From: Aminivibrio sp.
GTDB taxonomy: Bacteria; Synergistota; Synergistia; Synergistales; Aminobacteriaceae
Length of the DNA stretch: 24,000 nt
Assembly: GCF_050953645.1 (NCBI RefSeq)
Contig: NZ_JBMNMY010000001.1
Direction: 5' to 3' (one strand)
Below, in pieces: positions 8,909 to 15,402 of this stretch (positions within the stretch are counted from its first letter, which is position 1; each line of letters begins with the position of its first letter). Under the pieces are notes generated by a model. That model was given only the letters and a program-made list of their open reading frames with translations, was not told the origin of the DNA and did not search any database. Position numbers and translations under genes: made by a program.

Positions 8909-10000
8909 ATGAAAAGCATCAACGGAATTCTCATTTCCCGCTGGGGGCCGGCCATAACCGGTGCCTTCGTGGGAGCGGCGGCGTCACTGCTTGTGTACTT
9001 CGGAAATCCCGGAAACATGGGGATATGCGTGGCGTGCTTCACCCGCGACATCGCGGGAGCGCTGGGCCTTCACCGGGCCGGTGTTGTCCAGTATCTCAGG
9101 CCCGAGATACCCGGCTTCATCCTGGGGGCGTTTCTCGCTGCATTCCTCAGCCGGGAATACCAGCCCAGGTCCGGTTCCTCGCCAGTTGTACGGTTCTTCC
9201 TCGGTTTCTTCGCCATGATCGGCGCCCTGATCTTCCTCGGGTGCCCGTGGAGGGCCTACGCCCGTCTCGCAGGCGGCGACTGGAACGCTATTGCGGGAAT
9301 AGCCGGCCTCACGGCGGGGATAGGCCTGGGCATAGTCTTCCTGTGGAACGGGTTCAGCCTGGGCAGGGCGTCCAGGTCTCCCGCCTGGGCAGGGGCCGTT
9401 ATGCCCCTTGCCGCTGTCGCCCTCCTCGCCCTTCTTTACCTGAGGCCTCTTTTCGGTCCTGAGGGGACCGGCCCTGTCTTCTTTTCCAAGTCCGGACCGG
9501 GCGCTGCCGCGGCGCCTGTTCTCATATCCCTTGGCGTCGGGCTTGCCGTGGGGTGGATGGCCCAGAAAAGCCGCTTCTGCACCGTGGGCGCACTTCGGGA
9601 TCTCATCATGCTCAGGAACGGCCATCTCTTCAGCGGCGTGGCGGCCTTCCTCGTCTCGGCCTTCGTCGTTAACCTCCTTCTCGGCCAGTTCAGGCCCGGA
9701 TTTGAAAGCCAGCCCGTGGCCCACACGAACCAGCTGTGGAACTTCATCGGAATGGCCCTTTCCGGCCTCGCCTTCACTCTTGCGGGAGGCTGCCCGGGAC
9801 GCCAGATGATCATGTCCGGGGAAGGGGACGGTGACGCCTCCGTATTCGTTCTCGGCATGCTGGTGGGCGCAGCTTTCGCACACAATTTCTCACTGGCAAG
9901 TTCCGGTGCGGGGGTCACGTCCTTCGGTATGACGGCGACGGTGACCGGTCTCGTTTTCTGCCTTGCCGTGGGCCTGCTGTTCAGAATCAAACTGGATTAG
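8909..10000 (+). CDS. yedE: YedE-family selenium-metabolism membrane protein (YeeE/YedE sulfur/selenium transport-like)
   Basis: 363-aa polytopic membrane protein. It carries the conserved Cys-containing motifs GNMGICVACFTRD and KSRFCTVGALRD, plus GGCPGRQ. It pairs with yedF and sits next to selD. Confidence 0.85.
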   Translation: MKSINGILISRWGPAITGAFVGAAASLLVYFGNPGNMGICVACFTRDIAGALGLHRAGVVQYLRPEIPGFILGAFLAAFLSREYQPRSGSSPVVRFFLGFFAMIGALIFLGCPWRAYARLAGGDWNAIAGIAGLTAGIGLGIVFLWNGFSLGRASRSPAWAGAVMPLAAVALLALLYLRPLFGPEGTGPVFFSKSGPGAAAAPVLISLGVGLAVGWMAQKSRFCTVGALRDLIMLRNGHLFSGVAAFLVSAFVVNLLLGQFRPGFESQPVAHTNQLWNFIGMALSGLAFTLAGGCPGRQMIMSGEGDGDASVFVLGMLVGAAFAHNFSLASSGAGVTSFGMTATVTGLVFCLAVGLLFRIKLD

Positions 10001-10012
10001 GGGGAATGAGAA

Positions 10013-10231
10013 ATGTCTGAAGCTTTTGTAGTCGATGCACGGGGCCTTTCCTGCCCCCAGCCCGTTATGGAAACGCGGAAAGCCCTTGAGAAGCACACAG
10101 GAGGGCCTGTGGAAGTCCTCGTGGACACGGTCACGTCCCGGGAAAATGTCGCCCGCTACGGCGAAAGCCACGGGTGGAAGGCCGTGAAAGAGGAAACCGA
10201 TGACGGTTTCAAAGTAACCTTTACCCGCTGA
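10013..10231 (+). CDS. yedF: TusA/SirA-like sulfurtransferase-fold protein YedF
   Basis: 72 aa. VDARGLSCPQPVMETRKAL is the CPxP active-site motif of the TusA/SirA family. It starts 12 nt after the yedE stop. Confidence 0.85.
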   Translation: MSEAFVVDARGLSCPQPVMETRKALEKHTGGPVEVLVDTVTSRENVARYGESHGWKAVKEETDDGFKVTFTR

Positions 10232-10247
10232 AACGGCTGCATTAACG

Positions 10248-10280
10248 AGAGGGGGCCGCGCATCGGCGGCCCCCTCTTTT
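10248..10280 (+). terminator. Rho-independent terminator of the selenium cluster
   Basis: AGAGGGGGCCGC (10248-10259) and GCGGCCCCCTCT (10266-10277) form a perfect 12-bp stem with a 6-nt loop, followed by a T-run. Confidence 0.75.
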
Positions 10281-10386
10281 CGTATCCCGTGCAGCGGCAG
10301 GGCGTTTTTGCTGTACAATAAGCGGGAAGCGATGTTTTCTGCTTGTTATATTTTACATACATGCCGCAGGCACAGGAGGCGAAGGG

Positions 10387-11058
10387 ATGGACAATTACTA
10401 CGCCGGGAAGCTCAACGCGGGCAACCTGCTTGAAGTGTACAACACGGGTATCGGCAGGGTACGGCAGTACCTGGAAGCGGAGATCGACTTCATCTGCAGC
10501 CGTCTTCACGCTCATGAGACGGTCCTCGAGCTCGGAACGGGGTACGGCCGTATTCTGAAGCGGATCGCCCCCTTCGCGAAAGCCGTGGTGGGGATCGACA
10601 TCTCAAATGATTCCATCGCCTTCGGAAGGGATTACCTCAAGGGATGCTACAACTGCACCGTTCTTGTTCTGGACGCCCACGGGATGGCGTTCGACGGGGA
10701 ATACGACGTGGTGCTCTGTCTCCAGAACGGCCTCTCGGCCATGAAAGGGGACCCGTACGACCTGGTGGAGCGAAGCATGAAGGCTCTCGTTCCCGGAGGA
10801 AGGGCGTTCTTCAGCACCTATGCCTCCGGCTTCTGGGAGTGGCGCCTCGAATGGTTCAAAGAGCAGGCCGGCAAGGGGCTTCTGGGTGAACTGGACATGA
10901 AGAAGACCGGCAAAGGCAGGATCGTCTGCAGTGACGGCTTCACCGCGACGACCTTTTCGGAGGAAGACCTCGAGGCCATGGGAAAAAAGACCGGCTGCCC
11001 CTACAGCCTGCAGATGGTTGACGACTCCAGTCTCTTTCTGATCATCGAGAAGAACTGA
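10387..11058 (+). CDS. Class-I SAM-dependent methyltransferase
   Basis: 223 aa. Motif I is VLELGTGYGRIL, followed by an acidic post-I residue (VVGIDIS) and the LQNGL motif. RBS AGGAGG. Confidence 0.8.
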   Translation: MDNYYAGKLNAGNLLEVYNTGIGRVRQYLEAEIDFICSRLHAHETVLELGTGYGRILKRIAPFAKAVVGIDISNDSIAFGRDYLKGCYNCTVLVLDAHGMAFDGEYDVVLCLQNGLSAMKGDPYDLVERSMKALVPGGRAFFSTYASGFWEWRLEWFKEQAGKGLLGELDMKKTGKGRIVCSDGFTATTFSEEDLEAMGKKTGCPYSLQMVDDSSLFLIIEKN

Positions 11059-11097
11059 GGTATCAAAAACGGCAGGGAAAAAAGAAACGGAACACAC

Positions 11098-11125
11098 TTG
11101 CTAAAATTTAACAGGGGTGTATAAT
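11098..11125 (+). promoter_or_regulatory. Sigma70-type promoter of the S-box leader
   Basis: TTGCTA (11098-11103), a 16-nt spacer, then TATAAT (11120-11125), about 38 nt upstream of the riboswitch P1 stem. Confidence 0.55.
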
Positions 11126-11162
11126 TAATCTGAACAATGAATGTGAAACTTTCCAACTGATA

Positions 11163-11270
11163 CTTTTATCCAGAGCGGCTGAGGGACTGGCCCTATGAAG
11201 CCCGGCAACCTGCCTGAAAAGGCGTGGTGCCAACACCAGCGCTCCGATTTATCGGGGCGGATGATAAGAG
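11163..11270 (+). promoter_or_regulatory. SAM-I (S-box) riboswitch aptamer
   Basis: CUUUUAUCCAGAGCGGCUGAGGGACUGGCCCUAUGAAGCCCGGCAACCUGCC...GGUGCCAACACCAGCG...GAUGAUAAGAG. All the hallmark conserved blocks of the S-box consensus are present (UUAUCnAGAG, GGnGGAGGGAnnGGCCC, UGAAnCCnGGCAACC, GGUGCCAA, GAUnAnAAG), along with P1 pairing UUAUC/GAUAA. Confidence 0.9.
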
Positions 11271-11319
11271 GAGAACCAGAAGCACGGATCTGTCTCGATC
11301 CATGCGCCATGGCGGCCAC

Positions 11320-11348
11320 AGGCCTCTCCTCGGAGAGGCCTTTTTTTT
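11320..11348 (+). terminator. Riboswitch expression-platform terminator (with competing antiterminator)
   Basis: AGGCCTCTC-CTCG-GAGAGGCCT is a 9-bp stem followed by T8. GAGGAGA (11268-11274), on the 3' side of P1, is complementary to TCTCCTC (11325-11331) in the 5' arm of the terminator, which is the classical S-box antiterminator arrangement. Confidence 0.8.
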
Positions 11349-11386
11349 GTCTTTTAAACCGGTTCGCTTGAACCGGAACACATTCC

Positions 11387-12047
11387 CCGAAGGAGGAAAT
11401 GCCCATGATCACGATCGATTATTCCAGGCGCCCCGAAGACTATTCCGAGCCCTTCGACCCCGAGGAACTGATGCTCAGCCGCATCAGCGGCGCCGCCAGG
11501 AGGGAGGTCGTCCGGAAAATGATACGGGAGGGCCGGATGAATGAAGTTCCCGAGGGATTTGACAACCCCGTCCTCAGCCACGACGAGAGGAGGGCCTGGG
11601 CCCGGTACAACCCGTCGTTCCTCGGAGGGGAATACCTGCCGCCGTGCCGGGAAGACGAAGTGGAGATCGCCAGGGTAACCATCCGGTCCACAACCTTCGA
11701 CGTCGTCTCCGTCCGGGCGAAATCCGGAAAAGACCGCATCAGCTACAGGATAAACGACGAGTACAACGGCGATAACCTCGGCGAAAAGCACACGCGCACC
11801 TCGGTCCGCCCCCTCACCCTCGGGAGTTTGCTGGATTTCCTCATCGGCGCGTGGAGCCTTTACGAAAGCGTGGAATGGAACTACCCCGGTGACCTGGAAG
11901 GGCAGCTCGGGTTCTTCTGGGGAGAGTCACAGTTCTACCCGGAGTTCGACGAGGCCCTGAGGGAAAAGGTGACGGAGGGGTTTTACGCAAATCAGAAAAG
12001 GGAGGAATAAATCCATGTACACGGGCAGGGACACAATTGAGTGGCTG
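11387..12047 (+). repeat. Tandem-duplication copy 1 (RBS + A1 + intergenic + first 33 nt of B)
   Basis: Aligns base for base with 13542-14211. By eye, identity is roughly four in five positions and highest at both ends, for example GGAGGAATAAAyCCATGTACACGGGCAGGGACAC. Confidence 0.8.
11405..12010 (+). CDS. Hypothetical protein A1 (unknown family; paralog of A2)
   Basis: AGGAGG (11391-11396) lies 8 nt before ATG 11405. The track's earlier ATG at 11399 is TTG in the paralogous copy, so the second ATG is the conserved start. About 201 aa, charged, with no TM segment or signal peptide. Confidence 0.75.
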   Translation: MITIDYSRRPEDYSEPFDPEELMLSRISGAARREVVRKMIREGRMNEVPEGFDNPVLSHDERRAWARYNPSFLGGEYLPPCREDEVEIARVTIRSTTFDVVSVRAKSGKDRISYRINDEYNGDNLGEKHTRTSVRPLTLGSLLDFLIGAWSLYESVEWNYPGDLEGQLGFFWGESQFYPEFDEALREKVTEGFYANQKREE

Positions 12048-13055
12048 TACGGGAAACAGCTCCAGGTCGACGACGAATGGTCGGTCATCACGGAGAACGG
12101 ATTCACATGGTGGGCCGGTGATCACGCACAGACGGTGGAGGTCGTCGGCGAGGCCGACGGGCCTTCGGGCGAGAGGGGGTATTACATCTCCATCCGGACG
12201 GAGCTGCTGAAGGTCAGGAGCCTGGACCCCGACGCCCTGAAAGCCGTCAGCCTGACGCTCATGCCCTTCGCATCCATGGCGGGGCCGGTTTTCGACCCCC
12301 GCAGGGGAACCCTGGACCTCTGCTCATGGGCCCTCGTCTACGAGGGGATCAGCCCGTGGATGAACGTCCTCCTCAGCGTCGCCGCAGCCATCCAGATCTA
12401 CGAAGCCCGCAGGCTGGGGGACAATTTTTCCGCCTTCGGCATGGAAAACGCCGTCAGTGCCCATCCGAAGAACGGGGTCCGCAGGGAACACGACGAAATC
12501 GCCGGGCTGGTCCCGTCGCTTATCCAGCCCACAGGGAAAGAGCCGTCCCGGTGGCCCGACGACGAATTCCAGAAAGCGGCGGACCTGCTCGGGCAAAATC
12601 CCCCCGTCCTCATGGCAAGTGCCGGAGGGCCCGGGCTGTCAGCCGAGTTCCCCTTCGGCACCTTTTCCTCCCTCTGCAGGATGGCTGCCGATCAGCCACA
12701 CCCGTTCTACGGAAACGGCCTGCTGGTCACCCATTTCTTCCCCGTTTCCGGAAAGAAGGGAGAGGAGGAAAAATGGATCCGGAAGGCCCTCTCCCTGAAT
12801 GAGCCTCAACTGGGCTCCGACCCCGCCGGATACGGCTTCGGAAGCTATGCCTACAGGGACGGCATGATCGTCTACGCGGCGTTTTTCCCGAACATTCTCC
12901 ACAGCCCCGGCTTCCTGCTGAACCTCTTCCTCTCCTGCGGGGCGCGGGGAATGGCCATGAACAGGGTACTTGCGGGAGTCACGGGGGAAGTTGACCCCTT
13001 CAGCATCTCCCGGAGCGCTGCCGAACGGTTTCTGGGTGAGACGGGGGAAAACTGA
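12015..13055 (+). CDS. Hypothetical protein B (346 aa, unknown family)
   Basis: GGGAGG RBS; the start is 4 nt after the A1 stop. The ORF is long and uninterrupted with host-like codon usage. I could assign no motif. Confidence 0.75.
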   Translation: MYTGRDTIEWLYGKQLQVDDEWSVITENGFTWWAGDHAQTVEVVGEADGPSGERGYYISIRTELLKVRSLDPDALKAVSLTLMPFASMAGPVFDPRRGTLDLCSWALVYEGISPWMNVLLSVAAAIQIYEARRLGDNFSAFGMENAVSAHPKNGVRREHDEIAGLVPSLIQPTGKEPSRWPDDEFQKAADLLGQNPPVLMASAGGPGLSAEFPFGTFSSLCRMAADQPHPFYGNGLLVTHFFPVSGKKGEEEKWIRKALSLNEPQLGSDPAGYGFGSYAYRDGMIVYAAFFPNILHSPGFLLNLFLSCGARGMAMNRVLAGVTGEVDPFSISRSAAERFLGETGEN

Positions 13056-13108
13056 GGCACAGGGCGCGTCGGAATATGTGAAGAGATTACGGCACAGGAG
13101 GGAACCGA

Positions 13109-13492
13109 ATGAGGGATATGATCCGCAGGCTGATCGAGGACGCAGGGCTTACGTTCGGCGAGGACGTAAGCGACGGGAACGGCGGCATAGCACGGTACGG
13201 CGGTCGGCGTGAGGCGGGCGGCTGGGTTGTGGCCGGAAACAGCGCCAGACAGGTCAGGCAGGGCATCGCCGAACTGAGGAAGCGGGACGAGAAGCGGTTC
13301 GTCAGGAAGGCGCTGGTCGACAACGGCCTCCGCCTCTCCTTCCACGAAAGAAGCATCCCGAAAAACGGGGTCCTGGTCAACAGCATCCTCTACAAGGGGT
13401 GGAACGACGACGGGGAGAATGTCGTCTCGGGATCATGCCTCGGCGAGGTGCTGGAATCCATCGAGAAATGGCAGGAAGAGGCCCGGGTATGA
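13109..13492 (+). CDS. Hypothetical protein C (127 aa, unknown family)
   Basis: AGGAGGG RBS 6 nt upstream of the ATG; same strand as the operon. Confidence 0.65.
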   Translation: MRDMIRRLIEDAGLTFGEDVSDGNGGIARYGGRREAGGWVVAGNSARQVRQGIAELRKRDEKRFVRKALVDNGLRLSFHERSIPKNGVLVNSILYKGWNDDGENVVSGSCLGEVLESIEKWQEEARV

Positions 13493-13541
13493 CAGGTGTT
13501 TTCCAGCGGCCTGGGAGATTCAGGGATACCCGTAAACAACA

Positions 13542-14211
13542 CCGAAGGAGGAATTGCCCATGAGCACCATCGATTATTCCAGGCGCCCCGAAGGCTATTT
13601 TGAGCCCTCCGACCCGGGGGAACTGATGCTCAGCCGCATCACCGGCGCCATCAGGCGGGAGGCCGTCAGGAAAATGGTACGGGAAGGCGGAATGGACGCC
13701 GTTCCCGAGGGATTCGGCAACGAGGAGCTCAGCGAAGGGCACAGGAGGGCCTGGGGCCTGATCCACCCCATGTGCATGGGAGGGGAGTTCCTCCTTCCCT
13801 GCGAACCCGGAGAGCTGGAAATCGCCCGGCTGACCATAAGGTCCACCACCTACGACGTACTCTCCGTCCGGGCGAAACGGGTGAAAAACCGCATCCGCAT
13901 CAGGGTCGACGACGAATACGACGGCGAGACCCTCAATAAAAAACACTCGTGCATCTCTGTCCGGCCCCTTACCCTCGGGCGTCTGATCGACCTCGTGATC
14001 GTCGGGTGGGACGTGTTCGAATGCCTGGAACGCAACTACCCCGGAGACCTGGAAGGGCAGCTCGGATTCTTCTGGGCAGAGTCCCGGTTCTACCCCGACT
14101 TCGACCAGGCCCTGCGGGAGAGGGTGACGGAGCATTTCCGCGCACACCACGAAGAGGAAAAAGTGGAGGAATAAACCCATGTACACGGGCAGGGACACGA
14201 TCGAATGGTTT
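13542..14211 (+). repeat. Tandem-duplication copy 2 (RBS + A2 + intergenic + B' 5' end)
   Basis: See copy 1. Similarity stops abruptly after codon 10-11 of B/B'. Confidence 0.8.
13560..14174 (+). CDS. Hypothetical protein A2 (paralog of A1)
   Basis: Same RBS context as A1 (CCGAAGGAGGAAnTGCCCATG). The protein aligns end to end with A1. Shared blocks include TIDYSRRPE, ELMLSRI, VPEGF, IAR-TIRSTT-DV-SVRAK, SVRPLTLG and NYPGDLEGQLGFFW. Confidence 0.75.
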   Translation: MSTIDYSRRPEGYFEPSDPGELMLSRITGAIRREAVRKMVREGGMDAVPEGFGNEELSEGHRRAWGLIHPMCMGGEFLLPCEPGELEIARLTIRSTTYDVLSVRAKRVKNRIRIRVDDEYDGETLNKKHSCISVRPLTLGRLIDLVIVGWDVFECLERNYPGDLEGQLGFFWAESRFYPDFDQALRERVTEHFRAHHEEEKVEE

Positions 14212-14268
14212 CTCGAACAGCCGGAATTGACGCAGGCATATTCAAGAAGGAGGAGATGCCGGGGATGA
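14179..14268 (+). pseudogene. B' : 29-codon remnant/leader retaining the first 10 codons of gene B
   Basis: MYTGRDTIEW is identical to the B N-terminus, with 3 synonymous differences, and the sequence then diverges. Its TGA (14266-14268) overlaps the ATG (14265-14267) of the next ORF as ATGA. Confidence 0.5.
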
Positions 14269-14666
14269 CATTGAAGCTCGGAAAAAAAGGCCTGAGCAGG
14301 GTGTGGATGGAGGAAATCGAAGGGGAGTACGTTGTGAGCGGGTTCGTCAACAAGGACAGCAGGAACTGGGAAAAAACAGAGGTCTCCCGGCGCTTCGAAA
14401 CCCTGGAGGAAGCAAACGGCTTCATTGAATGGGCCTGGCCCAAAATGGTGTTTCTGACCATGGACGAGTACTTTGACCCCGAACAGCCCGTGCTGTACGA
14501 GATTTTTACAGCTGATGGGGAAAGCGGGGAAGAAAAACCGGTAAGCCTGTCCCACTCGGCATGGAGATCAACGCTCATCGCCAGGCAGGCGCTTAGGAAT
14601 GCCGGAGAGGGGAAACGGGCTGTCATCAGGGGATCGGACGGATCGGTACGAATAATTGACGGATAA
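14265..14666 (+). CDS. Hypothetical protein D (~133 aa, unknown family)
   Basis: AAGGAGGAG lies ~9 nt upstream of ATG 14265. The track's start at 14205 lacks an RBS and overlaps B'. ATG 14256 is a possible alternative start. Confidence 0.6.
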   Translation: MTLKLGKKGLSRVWMEEIEGEYVVSGFVNKDSRNWEKTEVSRRFETLEEANGFIEWAWPKMVFLTMDEYFDPEQPVLYEIFTADGESGEEKPVSLSHSAWRSTLIARQALRNAGEGKRAVIRGSDGSVRIIDG

Positions 14667-14681
14667 GGGGCGTACGCCCCT
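14666..14681. repeat. Perfect 16-nt palindrome AGGGGCGTACGCCCCT between D and E
   Basis: Read directly from the sequence. It overlaps the last base of the D stop codon and has no T-run after it. Confidence 0.6.
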
Positions 14682-14698
14682 CACAAGGAGGAGTCACA

Positions 14699-15133
14699 AT
14701 GGAACATAAGTACAGGATCATTGACGGAAACGGGAAATTCTACAGAGGAGAGGAAAACGGCGGGGGATGGACGGAAGTGATGGATGAAGCAAAAGTATAC
14801 GACAGCCAAAAAGAACTGCCGGCCGCACTGCTGAACGACGAGGGGGAAGTGTGCATGAAGAAGAAGATCCGCTTTGTGGGCATAAGCGGTTATACATCTA
14901 TCCGCTACTTCCCGGAGCGCTCCGGGAATGGAGGAAGCGACGGAGGGGAAAAAGACATAACCGCAGCCCCATACTGTGTTATCAAGGGAAAGGTGTCCGG
15001 GATCAGGGAAGCAGAACCGGACGACCCGATCTACACCCGCGGGTTCATAATCGGGGGAACTTTTTCGAGAATGGCTTCGAAAAGAAATACGGAGCCAATT
15101 TCCGAAGAGGAGAAGAGGCACAGGGCAGAATAA
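14699..15133 (+). CDS. Hypothetical protein E (144 aa, unknown family)
   Basis: AAGGAGGAG RBS 5-6 nt upstream of the ATG; this is the last ORF before the AT-rich spacer. Confidence 0.65.
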   Translation: MEHKYRIIDGNGKFYRGEENGGGWTEVMDEAKVYDSQKELPAALLNDEGEVCMKKKIRFVGISGYTSIRYFPERSGNGGSDGGEKDITAAPYCVIKGKVSGIREAEPDDPIYTRGFIIGGTFSRMASKRNTEPISEEEKRHRAE

Positions 15134-15402
15134 AAGTATAGCGGTCCTGCGAACAGGGCGAATGCCTAAAGAGGTTCCAATCGATTGATTCCAGAGGTCT
15201 GGAGAAATTCATCTAAATTTGTTTTAATAGTCAGCCTCTAGTTGAACTTTAAACACCATTTGGGTAGGTAGTCGCGAAATAATGAAAACTGTATGTATTC
15301 AAGATATTTGCCTCGAAAAAGAATCCTAAAAACGAAAATTTCGGCAATAAGTGGTAGTATAGAAAAAACATTCCTTTTATTTCATTCATGGGGAGAGAGA
15401 TC

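Noticed and set aside
11387-14211. Whether the A1/A2 repeat pair is a diversity-generating retroelement template/variable repeat pair
   Set aside because: Differences between the copies involve all base types, not adenine-specific substitutions. They span the whole gene rather than a short C-terminal VR, and no reverse transcriptase is present in the window.
14205-14264. Upstream extension of ORF D from the track's GTG start at 14205 (MVSRTAGIDAGIFKKEEMPG...)
   Set aside because: There is no RBS before 14205 and it overlaps the B' frame. A strong AAGGAGGAG sits just before the internal ATGs at 14256/14265 with an ATGA overlap to B', so the shorter ORF is preferred.
15134-15387. Promoter, small-ORF or regulator gene in the AT-rich spacer before the McrB-like gene, including the 71-aa minus ORF 15249..15464
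   Set aside because: Several weak -10-like hexamers exist, but none has a convincing -35 partner. The 71-aa ORF is hydrophobic low-complexity sequence without an RBS and overlaps the McrB-like start. I therefore report only the compositional boundary.
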